Assembly (NCBI RefSeq): GCF_009914755.1
Contig: NC_060939.1
Source: the human T2T-CHM13v2.0 reference genome, Homo sapiens
Length of the DNA: 64,000 bases
Direction: 5' to 3' (one strand)
The notes beneath the pieces are model-generated. The model did not search any database and was not told the DNA's origin. It was given only the letters and a program-made list of their open reading frames with translations. Shown here in pieces: positions 43,683-57,400 of the stretch (position 1 is its first letter; every line of letters begins with the position of its first letter). The translations under genes were made by a program, and so were the position numbers.

Positions 43683-46600
43683 TCCTTTCCATTCGAGTCC
43701 ATTCCTCTCCAGTCCATTCCGTTCAATCCATTCCATTCCAGTCCATTCCATTCGAGTCCGTTCCATTCCAGTCCATTCCATTCGAGTCAATTCCATTTCA
43801 TTCGATGTCTTTCCATAACGATCCATTCCATTCTATTCCTTTCGATTCCATTCCATTCTATTTCATTCCATTCGATTCCCTTCCATTGGACTCCTTTCCA
43901 TTCGAGTGCATTCCATTCCGTTCCATTGCTTTCCGTTCTGTACGATTCCTACCGTTTGATTTCATTTTGTTCCAGTCCATTCTTTCGCGTCCATTCCATT
44001 CCATTTCACTCCATTCGATTCCATTCCACTCGATTCCACTTCGTTCCATTTCATTGCATTCCATTCTATTCAACTCTATTGCCTTCCATTCTATTCCATT
44101 CGATTACATTCCATGCGATTCCATTCGAAATTGAATCAATTACATTGCAATCCATTACAATTGAGTCCGTTTTATTCCAGTCCACTGCATTCTGGTCCAT
44201 TCCATTTGATTCCATTCCATTCTATTCCATTCCATACAGTTGCATTCCATTGGATTCCATGCTATATCTATAAATTCAATTCGAGACCATTGCTTTTGAG
44301 TCCATTCTATATGATTCCATTCCATTCAAGTCCATTACATTTGGTTCAATTCCATTCCATTCCATTCCCTTCCATTCCATTCCATTTGATATCAATCCAT
44401 TCGATTCCATTCCATTCGAGCACATTCCATTCGAGTCCATTCCATTCGATGCCATTCCATTTGATTCTATTCCATTAGTCTCCATTCAATTCCATTAATC
44501 TCCATTCCATTCCATTCTACTCCAACTGATTCCATTCCATTCTATTCCTTTCCATTCCATTTCATTCCATTGAATTCCATTTCATTCCATTCCATTCCAT
44601 TCGTGTCCATTCCACTCCAGTCCATTCCATTCGTGTCCATTCCATTCCAGTCCATTCCATTTGTGTCCACTGCATTCCATTCCACTCCATTCCATATTAT
44701 TCCATTACACTCCATTCCATTCTATTACTTTCATTTCCATTCAATTCCATTCCATTTGATTCCATTCCACTCGGTTTCATTCCATTTGAGTCCACTCCAT
44801 TCCATTCCATTCCATTCCATTCAGTTCCATTCCATTCTGTTCCATTCCATTCCGTTCCATTGCATTCCATTCCATTCGGTACCATTCCATATTGTTCCAT
44901 TCGATTCCATTCGAATCCATTCCATTCCAGTCCATTCCATTCGATTCCATTCCATTCATTTCAATTCCATTCCATTCCATTCCATTACATTCCACTTGAT
45001 TCCTCTCCATTCCCTTCCACTGCATTCCGTTCGATTCCATTCCATTGCATTGCATTCCATTCCATTGGATTGCATTCCATTCGATTCCATTCCATTCGAA
45101 TCAATTACATAGCAATCCATTACATTCGAGTCTATTCTATTCCGTTCCATTCGATTTCGTTCCAATCCATTCGATTCCATTCCATTCGATTCCATTCCAT
45201 ACTATTGCATTCCATTCGATTACATTATATTCGAATAAGTTCCATTCAAGACCATTTCTTTTGAGTCCATTCTATTTGAGTCCATTCCCTTTGATTCCAT
45301 AACATTTGAGTCCATTCAATTCCATTCCTTTCGTTTCCATTCCATTTGATGCCATTCCATTCAATTCGGTTCTACTCGACTCCAATACATTCAATTCCAT
45401 TCCATCCGATTCCATTACATTCTTTTCATTTCTTATCCATTTCAAGCCATTCCACTCCATTCCATTCCACTCGTTTCCTTTCCATTCGAGTCCATTCCTC
45501 TCCAGTCCATTCCGTTCAATCCATTCCATTCCAGTCCATTCCATTCGAGTCCGTTCCATTCCAGTCCATTCCATTCGAGTCAATTCCATTTCATTCGATG
45601 TCTTTCCATAACGATCCATTCCATTCTATTCCTTTCGATTCCATTCCATTCTATTTCATTCCATTCGATTCCCTTCCATTGGACTCCTTTCCATTCGAGT
45701 GCATTCCATTCCGTTCCATTGCTTTCCGTTCTGTACGATTCCTACCGTTTGATTTCATTTTGTTCCAGTCCATTCTTTCGCGTCCATTCCATTCCATTTC
45801 ACTCCATTCGATTCCATTCCACTCGATTCCACTTCGTTCCATTTCATTGCATTCCATTCTATTCAACTCTATTGCCTTCCATTCTATTCCATTCGATTAC
45901 ATTCCATGCGATTCCATTCGAAATTGAATCAATTACATTGCAATCCATTACAATTGAGTCCGTTTTATTCCAGTCCACTGCATTCTGGTCCATTCCATTT
46001 GATTCCATTCCATTCTATTCCATTCCATACAGTTGCATTCCATTGGATTCCATGCTATATCTATAAATTCAATTCGAGACCATTGCTTTTGAGTCCATTC
46101 TATATGATTCCATTCCATTCAAGTCCATTACATTTGGTTCAATTCCATTCCATTCCATTCCCTTCCATTCCATTCCATTTGATATCAATCCATTCGATTC
46201 CATTCCATTCGAGCACATTCCATTCGAGTCCATTCCATTCGATGCCATTCCATTTGATTCTATTCCATTAGTCTCCATTCAATTCCATTAATCTCCATTC
46301 CATTCCATTCTACTCCAACTGATTCCATTCCATTCTATTCCTTTCCATTCCATTTCATTCCATTGAATTCCATTTCATTCCATTCCATTCCATTCGTGTC
46401 CATTCCACTCCAGTCCATTCCATTCGTGTCCATTCCATTCCAGTCCATTCCATTTGTGTCCACTGCATTCCATTCCACTCCATTCCATATTATTCCATTA
46501 CACTCCATTCCATTCTATTACTTTCATTTCCATTCAATTCCATTCCATTTGATTCCATTCCACTCGGTTTCATTCCATTTGAGTCCACTCCATTCCATTC

Positions 46601-47268
46601 CATTCCATTCCATTCAGTTCCATTCCATTCTGTTCCATTCCATTCCGTTCCATTGCATTCCATTCCATTCGGTACCATTCCATATTGTTCCATTCGATTC
46701 CATTCGAATCCATTCCATTCCAGTCCATTCCATTCGATTCCATTCCATTCATTTCAATTCCATTCCATTCCATTCCATTACATTCCACTTGATTCCTCTC
46801 CATTCCCTTCCACTGCATTCCGTTCGATTCCATTCCATTGCATTGCATTCCATTCCATTGGATTGCATTCCATTCGATTCCATTCCATTCGAATCAATTA
46901 CATAGCAATCCATTACATTCGAGTCTATTCTATTCCGTTCCATTCGATTTCGTTCCAATCCATTCGATTCCATTCCATTCGATTCCATTCCATACTATTG
47001 CATTCCATTCGATTACATTATATTCGAATAAGTTCCATTCAAGACCATTTCTTTTGAGTCCATTCTATTTGAGTCCATTCCCTTTGATTCCATAACATTT
47101 GAGTCCATTCAATTCCATTCCTTTCGTTTCCATTCCATTTGATGCCATTCCATTCAATTCTGTTCTACTCGACTCCAATACATTCAATTCCATTCCATCC
47201 GATTCCATTACATTCTTTTCATTTCTTATCCATTTCAAGCCATTCCACTCCATTCCATTCCACTCGTT
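43683..47268 (+). repeat. Near-identical tandem pair of 1793 bp monomers
   Basis: Shared private variants at offset 1793: ccattgctttcc, accgtttgat, ccattacaattgag, cattgaattccatttc. Confidence 0.9.
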
Positions 47269-50200
47269 TCCTTTCCATTCGAGTCCATTCCTCTCCAGTC
47301 CATTCCGTTCAATCCATTCCATTCCAGTCCATTCCATTCGAGTCCGTTCCATTCCAGTCCATTCCATTCGAGTCAATTCCATCCCATTCGATGTCTTTCC
47401 ATAACGATCCATTCCATTCTATTCCTTTCGATTCCATTCCATTCTATTTCATTCCATTCGATTCCCTTCCATTGGACTCCTTTCCATTCGAGTGCATTCC
47501 ATTCCGTTCCATTTCTTTCCGTTCTGTACGATTCCTACCGTTCGATTTCATTTTGTTCCAGTCCATTCCTTTCGCGTCCATTCCATTCCATTTCACTCCA
47601 TTCGATTCCATTCCACTCGATTCCACTTCGTTCCATTTCATTGCATTCCATTCTATTCAACTCTATTGCCTTCCATTCCATTCCATTCGATTACATTCCA
47701 TGCGATTCCATTCGAAATCGAATCGATTACATTGCAATCCATTACTATTGAGTCCATTTTATTCCAGTCCACTGCATTCTGGTCCATTCCATTTGATTCC
47801 ATTCCATTCTATTCCATTCCATACAGTTGCATTCCATTGAAATCCATTCTATATCTATAAATTCAATTCGAGACCATTGCTTTTGAGTCCATTCCATATG
47901 ATTCCATTCCATTCAAGTCCATTACATTTGGTTCAATTCCATTCCATTCCATTCCCTTCCATTCCATTCCAGTTGATATCAATCCATTCGATTCCATTCC
48001 ATTCGAGCACATTCTATTCGAGTCCATTCCATTCGATGCCATTCCATTTGATTCTATTCCATTAGTCTCCATTCAATTCCATTAATCTCCATTCCATTCC
48101 ATTCTACTCCAACTGATTCCATTCCATTCTATTCCTTTCCATTCCATTTCATTCCATTCCATTCCATTTCATTCCATTCCATTCCATTCCATTCCATTCG
48201 CTTCCATTCCATTCGTGTCCATTGCATTCCAGTCCATTCCATTTGTGTCCACTGCATTCCATTCCACTCCATTCCATATTATTCCATTACACTCCATTCC
48301 ATTCTATTACTTTCATTTCCATTGAATTCCATTCCATTTGATTCCATTCCACTCGGTTTCATTCCATTTGAGTCCACTCCACTCCATTCCATTCCATTCC
48401 ATTCAGTTCCATTCCATTCTGTTCCATTCCATTCCGTTCCATTGCATTCCATTCCATTCGGTACCATTCCATATTGTTCCATTCGATTCCATTCGAATCC
48501 ATTCCATTCCAGTCCATTCCATTTGATTCCATTCCATTCCTTTCAATTCCATTCCATTCCATTCCATTCCACTTGATTCCACTCCATTCCCTTCCACTGC
48601 ATTCCATTGCATTGCATTCCATTCCATTGGACTGCATTCCATTCGATTCCATTCCATTCGAATCAATTACATAGCAATCCATTACATTCGAGTCTATTCT
48701 ATTCCGTTCCATTCGATTTCGTTCCAATCCATTCGATTCCATTCCATTCGATTCCATTCCATACTATTGCATTCCATTCTATTACATTATATTCGAATAA
48801 GTTCCATTCAAGACCATTTCTTTTGAGTCCATTCTATTTGAGTCCATTCCCTTTGATTCCATAACATTTGAGTCCATTCAATTCCATTCCTTTCGTTTCC
48901 ATTCCATTTGATGCCATTCCATTCAATTCTGTTCTACTCGACTCCAATACATTCAATTCCATTCCATCCGATTCCATTACATTCTTTTCATTTCTTATCC
49001 ATTTCAAGCCATTCCACTCCATTCCATTCCACTCGTTTCCTTTCCATTCGAGTCCATTCCTCTCCAGTCCATTCCGTTCAATCCATTCCATTCCAGTCCA
49101 TTCCATTCGAGTCCGTTCCATTCCAGTCCATTCCATTCGAGTCAATTCCATTCCATTCGATGTCTTTCCATAACGATCCATTCCATTCTATTCCTTTCGA
49201 TTCCATTCCATTCTATTTCATTCCATTCGATTCCCTTCCATTGGACTCCTTTCCATTCGAGTGCATTCCATTCCGTTCCATTTCTTTCCGTTCTGTACGA
49301 TTCCTACCGTTCGATTTCATTTTGTTCCAGTCCATTCTTTCGCGTCCATTCCATTCCATTTCACTCCATTCGATTCCATTCCACTCGATTCCACTTCGTT
49401 CCATTTCATTGCATTCCATTCTATTCAACTCTATTGCCTTCCATTCCATTCCATTCGATTACATTCCATGCGATTCCATTCGAAATCGAATCAATTACAT
49501 TGCAATCCATTACTATTGAGTCCGTTTTATTCCAGTCCACTGCATTCTGGTCCATTCCATTTGATTCCATTCCATTCTATTCCATTCCATACAGTTGCAT
49601 TCCATTGGATTCCATGCTATATCTATAAATTCAATTCGAGACCATTGCTTTTGAGTCCATTCTATATGATTCCATTCCATTCAAGTCCATTACATTTGGT
49701 TCAATTCCATTCCATTCGGTTCAATTCCATTCCATTCCATTCCCTTCCATTCCATTCCAGTTGATATCAATCCATTCGATTCCATTCCATTCGAGCACAT
49801 TCCATTCGATGCCATTCCATTTGATTCTATTCCATTAGTCTCCATTCAATTCCATTAATCTCCATTCCATTCCATTCTACTCCAACTGATTCCATTCCAT
49901 TCTATTCCATTCCATTCCATTTCATTCCATTCCATTCCATTTCATTCCATTCCATTCCATTCGTGTCCATTCCACTGCAGTCCATTCCATTCGTGTCCAT
50001 TCCATTCCAGTCCATTCGATTTGTGTCCAGTGCATTCAATTCCACTCCATTCCATATTATTCCATTACACTCCATTCCATTCTATTACTTTCATTTCCAT
50101 TCAATTCCATTCCATTTGATTCCATTCCACTCGGTTTCATTCCATTTGAGTCCACTCCATTCCATTCCATTCCATTCCATTCAGTTCCATTCCATTCTGT

Positions 50201-53200
50201 TCCATTCCATTCCGTTCCATTACATTCCATTCCATTCGGTACCATTCCATATTGTTCCATTCGATTCCATTCGAATCCATTCCATTCCAGTCCATTCCAT
50301 TCGATTCCATTCCATTCATTTCAATTCCATTCCATTCCATTCCATTACATTCCACTTGATTCCTCTCCATTCCCTTCCACTGCATTCCGTTCGATTCCAT
50401 TCCATTGCATTGCCTTCCATTCCATTGGATTGCATTCCATTCGATTCCATTCCATTCGAATCAATTACATACCAATCCATTACATTCGAGTCTATTCTCT
50501 TCCGTTCCATTCGATTTCGTTCCAATCCATTCGATTCCATTCCATTCGATTCCATTCCATACTATTGCATTCCATTCGATTACATTATATTCGAATAAGT
50601 TCCATTCAAGACCATTTCTTTTGAGTCCATTCTATTTGAGTCCATTCCCTTTGATTCCATAACATTTGAGTCCATTCAATTCCATTCCTTTCGTTTCCAT
50701 TCCATTTGATGCCATTCCATTCAATTCTGTTCTACTCGACTCCAATACATTCAATTCCATTCCATCCGATTCCATTACATTCTTTTCATTTCTTATCCAT
50801 TTCAAGCCATTCCACTCCATTCCATTCCACTCGTTTCCTTTCCATTCGAGTCCATTCCTCTCCAGTCCATTCCGTTCAATCCATTCCATTCCAGTCCATT
50901 CCATTCGAGTCCGTTCCATTCCAGTCCATTCCATTCGAGTCAATTCCATTCCATTCGATGTCTTTCCATAACGATCCATTCCATTCTATTCCTTTCGATT
51001 CCATTCCATTCTATTTCATTCCATTCGATTCCCTTCCATTGGACTCCTTTCCATTCGAGTGCATTCCATTCCGTTCCATTTCTTTCCGTTCTGTACGATT
51101 CCTACCGTTCGATTTCATTTTGTTCCAGTCCATTCCTTTCGCGTCCATTCCATTCCATTTCACTCCATTCGATTCCATTCCACTCGATTCCACTTCGTTC
51201 CATTTCATTGCATTCCATTCTATTCAACTCTATTGCCTTCCATTCCATTCCATTCGATTACATTCCATGCGATTCCATTCGAAATCGAATCAATTACATT
51301 GCAAACCATTACTATTGAGTCCGCTTTATTCCAGTCCACTGCATTCTGGTCCATTCCATTTGATTCCATTCCATTCTATTCCATTCCATACAGTTGCATT
51401 CCATTGGATTCCATGCTATATCTATAAATTCAATTCGAGACCATTGCTTTTGAGTCCATTCTATATGATTCCATTCCATTCAAGTCCATTACATTTGGTT
51501 CAATTCCATTCCATTCCATTCCCTTCCATTCCATTCCAGTTGATATCAATCCATTCGATTCCATTCCATTCGAGCACATTCCATTCGAGTCCATTCCATT
51601 CGATGCCATTCCGTTTGATTCTATTCCATTAGTCTCCATTCAATTCCATTAATCTCCATTCCATTCCATTCTACTCCAACTGATTCCATTCCATTCTATT
51701 CCTTTCCATTCCATTTCATTCCATTCCATTCCATTTCATTCCATTCCATTCCATTCCATTCCATTCGCTTCCATTCCATTCGTGTCCATTGCATTCCAGT
51801 CCATTCCATTTGTGTCCACTGCATTCCATTCCACTCCATTCCATATTATTCCATTACACTCCATTCCATTCTATTACTTTCATTTCCATTGAATTCCATT
51901 CCATTTGATTCCATTCCACTCGGTTTCATTCCATTTGAGTCCACTCCACTCCATTCCATTCCATTCCATTCCATTCAGTTCCATTCCATTCTGTTCCATT
52001 CCATTCCGTTCCATTGCATTCCATTCCATTCGGTACCATTCCATATTGTTCCATTCGATTCCATTCGAATCCATTCCATTCCAGTCCATTCCATTCGATT
52101 CCATTCCATTCCTTTCAATTCCATTCCATTCCATTCCATTCCACTTGATTCCACTCCATTCCCTTCCACTGCATTCCATTGCATTGCATTCCATTCCATT
52201 GGACTGCATTCCATTCGATTCCATTCCATTCGAATCGATTACATAGCAATCCATTACATTCGAGTCTATTCTATTCCGTTCCATTCGATTTCGTTCCAAT
52301 CCATTCGATTCCATTCCATTCGATTCCATTCCATACTATTGCATTCCATTCGATTACATTATATTTGAATAAGTTCCATTCAAGACCATTTCTTTTGAGT
52401 CCATTCTATTTGAGTCCATTCCCTTTGATTCCATAACATTTGAGTCCATTCAATTCCATTCCTTTCGTTTCCATTCCATTTGATGCCATTCCATTCAATT
52501 CTGTTCTACTCGACTCCAATACATTCAATTCCATTCCATCCGATTCCATTACATTCTTTTCATTTCTTATCCATTTCAAGCCATTCCACTCCATTCCATT
52601 CCACTCGTTTCCTTTCCATTCGAGTCCATTCCTCTCCAGTCCATTCCGTTCAATCCATTCCATTCCAGTCCATTCCATTCGAGTCCGTTCCATTCCAGTC
52701 CACTCCATTCGAGTCAATTCCATTCCATTCGATGTCTTTCCATAACGATCCATTCCATTCTATTCCTTTCGATTCCATTCCATTCTATTTCATTCCATTC
52801 GATTCCCTTCCATTGGACTCCTTTCCATTCGAGTGCATTCCATTCCGTTCCATTTCTTTCCGTTCTGTACGATTCCTACCGTTCGATTTCATTTTGTTCC
52901 AGTCCATTCCTTTCGCGTCCATTCCATTCCATTTCACTCCATTCGATTCCATTCCACTCGATTCCACTTCGTTCCATTTCATTGCATTCCATTCTATTCA
53001 ACTCTATTGCCTTCCATTCCATTCCATTCGATTACATTCCATGCGATTCCATTCGAAATCGAATCAATTACATTGCAATCCATTACTATTGAGTCCGTTT
53101 TATTCCAGTCCACTGCATTCTGGTCCATTCCATTTGATTCCATTCCATTCTATTCCATTCCATACAGTTGCATTCCATTGGATTCCATGCTATATCTATA

Positions 53201-54413
53201 AATTCAATTCGAGACCATTGCTTTTGAGTCCATTCTATATGATTCCATTCCATTCAAGTCCATTATATTTGGTTAAATTCCATTCCATTCGGTTCAATTC
53301 CATTCCATTCCATTCCCTTCCATTCCATTCCAGTTGATATCAATCCATTCGATTCCATTCCATTCGAGCACATTCCATTCGAGTCCATTCCATTCGATGC
53401 CATTCCATTTGATTCTATTCCATTAGTCTCCATTCAATTCCATTAATCTCCATTCCATTCCATTCTACTCCAACTGATTCCATTCCATTCTATTCCTTTC
53501 CATTCCATTTCATTCCATTCCATTCCATTCCATTCCATTCCATTTGTGTCCATTCCACTCCAGTCCATTCCATTCGTATCCATTCCATTCCAGTCCATTC
53601 CATTTGTGTCCACTGCATTCCATTCCACTCCATTCCATATTATTCCATTACACTCCATTCCATTCTATTACTTTCATTTCCATTCAATTCCATTCCATTT
53701 GATTCCATTCCACTCGGTTTCATTCCATTTGAGTCCACTCCATTCCATTCCATTCCATTCAGTTCCATTCCATTCTGTTCCATTCCATTCCGTTCCATTA
53801 CATTCCATTCCATTCGGTACCATTCCATATTGTTCCATTCGTTTCCATTCGAATCCATTCCATTCCAGTCCATTCCATTCGATTCCATTCCATTCATTTC
53901 AATTCCATTCCATTCCATTCCATTACATTCCACTTGATTCCTCTCCATTCCCTTCCACTGCGTTCCGTTCGATTCCATTCCATTGCATTGCATTCCATTC
54001 CATTGGATTGCATTCCATTCGATTCCATTCCATTCGAATCAATTACATAGCAATCCATTACATTCGAGTCTATTCTATTCCGTTCCATTCGATTTCGTTC
54101 CAATCCATTCGATTCCATTCCATTCGATTCCATTCCATACTATTGCATTCCATTCGATTACATTATATTCGAATAAGTTCCATTCAAGACCATTTCTTTT
54201 GAGTCCATTCTATTTGAGTCCATTCCCTTTGATTCCATAACATTTGAGTCCATTCAATTCCATTCCTTTCGTTTCCATTCCATTTGATGCCATTCCATTC
54301 AATTCTGTTCTACTCGACTCCAATACATTCAATTCCATTCCATCCGATTCCATTACATTCTTTTCATTTCTTATCCATTTCAAGCCATTGCACTCCATTC
54401 CATTCCACTCGTT

Positions 54414-57400
54414 TCCTTTCCATTCGAGTCCATTCCTCTCCAGTCCATTCCGTTCAATCCATTCCATTCCAGTCCATTCCATTCGAGTCCGTTCCATTCC
54501 AGTCCATTCCATTCGAGTCAATTCCATTCCATTCGATGTCTTTCCATAACGATCCATTCCATTCTATTCCTTTCGATTCCATTCCATTCTATTTCATTCC
54601 ATTCGATTCCCTTCCATTGGACTCCTTTCCATTCGAGTGCATTCCATTCCGTTCCATTTCTTTCCGTTCTGTACGATTCCTACCGTTCGATTTCATTTTC
54701 TTCCAGTCCATTCTTTCGCGTCCATTCCATTCCATTTCACTCCATTCGATTCCATTCCACTCGATTCCACTTCGTTCCATTTCATTGCATTCCATTCTAT
54801 TCAACTCTATTGCCTTCCATTCCATTCCATTCGATTACATTCCATGCGATTCCATTCGAAATCGAATCAATTACATTGCAATCCATTACTATTGAGTCCG
54901 TTTTATTCCAGTCCACTGCATTCTGGTCCATTCCATTTGATTCCATTCCATTCTATTCCATTCCATACAGTTGCATTCCATTGGATTCCATGCTATATCT
55001 ATAAATTCAATTCGAGACCATTGCTTTTGAGTCCATTCTATATGATTCCATTCCATTCAAGTCCATTACATTTGGTTAAATTCCATTCCATTCGGTTCAA
55101 TTCCATTCCATTCCATTCCCTTCCATTCCATTCCAGTTGATATCAATCCATTCGATTCCATTCCATTCGAGCACATTCCATTCGAGTCCATTCCATTCGA
55201 TGCCATTCCATTTGATTCTATTCCATTAGTCTCCATTCAATTCCATTAATCTCCATTCCATTCCATTCTACTCCAACTGATTCCATTCCATTCTATTCCT
55301 TCCCATTCCATTTCATTCCATTCCATTCCATTCCATTCCATTCCATTCCATTCGTGTCCATTCCACTCCAGTCCATTCCATTCGTATCCATTCCATTCCA
55401 GTCCATTCCATTTGTGTCCACTGCATTCCATTCCACTCCATTCCATATTATTCCATTACACTCCATTCCATTCTATTACTTTCATTTCCATTCAATTCCA
55501 TTCCATTTGATTCCATTCCACTCGGTTTCATTCCATTTGAGTCCACTCCATTCCATTCGATTCCATTCAGTTCCATTCCATTCTGTTCCATTCCATTCCG
55601 TTCCATTACATTCCATTCCATTCGGTACCATTCCATATTGTTCCATTCGATTCCATTCGAATCCATTCCATTCCAGTCCATTCCATTCGATTCCATTCCA
55701 TTCATTTCAATTCCATTCCATTCCATTCCATTACATTCCACTTGATTCCTCTCCATTCCCTTCCACTGCATTCCGTTCGATTCCATTCCATTGCATTGCA
55801 TTCCATTCCATTGGATTGCATTCCATTCGATTCCATTCCATTCGAATCAATTACATAGCAATCCATTACATTCGAGTCTATTCTCTTCCGTTCCATTCGA
55901 TTTCGTTCCAATCCATTCGATTCCATTCCATTCGATTCCATTCCATACTATTGCATTCCATTCGATTACATTATATTCGAATAAGTTCCATTCAAGACCA
56001 TTTCTTTTGAGTCCATTCTATTTGAGTCCATTCCCTTTGATTCCATAACATTTGAGTCCATTCAATTCCATTCCTTTCGTTTCCATTCCATTTGATGCCA
56101 TTCCATTCAATTCTGTTCTACTCGACTCCAATACATTCAATTCCATTCCATCCGATTCCATTACATTCTTTTCATTTCTTATCCATTTCAAGCCATTCCA
56201 CTCCATTCCATTCCACTCGTTTCCTTTCCATTCGAGTCCATTCCTCTCCAGTCCATTCCGTTCAATCCATTCCATTCCAGTCCATTCCATTCGAGTCCGT
56301 TCCATTCCAGTCCATTCCATTCGAGTCAATTCCATTCCATTCGATGTCTTTCCATAACGATCCATTCCATTCTATTCCTTTCGATTCCATTCCATTCTAT
56401 TTCATTCCATTCGATTCCCTTCCATTGGACTCCTTTCCATTCGAGTGCATTCCATTCCGTTCCATTTCTTTCCGTTCTGTACGATTCCTACCGTTCGATT
56501 TCATTTTCTTCCAGTCCATTCTTTCGCGTCCATTCCATTCCATTTCACTCCATTCGATTCCATTCCACTCGATTCCACTTCGTTCCATTTCATTGCATTC
56601 CATTCTATTCAACTCTATTGCCTTCCATTCCATTCCATTCGATTACATTCCATGCGATTCCATTCGAAATCGAATCAATTACATTGCAATCCATTGCTAT
56701 TGAGTCCGTTTTATTCCAGTCCACTGCATTCTGGTCCATTCCATTTGATTCCATTCCATTCTATTCCATTCCATACAGTTGCATTCCATTGGATTCCATG
56801 CTATATCTATAAATTCAATTCGAGACCATTGCTTTTGAGTCCATTCTATATGATTCCATTCCATTCAAGTCCATTACATTTGGTTAAATTCCATTCCATT
56901 CGGTTCAATTCCATTCCATTCCATTCCCTTCCATTCCATTCCAGTTGATATCAATCCATTCGATTCCATTCCATTCGAGCACATTCCATTCGAGTCCATT
57001 CCATTCGATGCCATTCCATTTGATTCTATTCCATTACTCTCCATTCAATTCCATTAATCTCCATTCCATTCCATTCTACTCCAACTGATTCCATTCCATT
57101 CTATTCCTTTTTATTCCATTTCATTCCATTCCATTCCATTCCATTCCATTCCATTCCATTCGTGTCCATTCCACTCCAGTCCATTCCATTCGTATCCATT
57201 CCATTCCAGTCCATTCCATTTGTGTCCACTGCATTCCATTCCACTCCATTCCATATTATTCCATTACACTCCATTCCATTCTATTACTTTCATTTCCATT
57301 CAATTCCATTCCATTTGATTCCATTCCACTCGGTTTCATTCCATTTGAGTCCACTCCATTCCATTCCATTCCACTCAGTTCCATTCCATTCTGTTCCATT

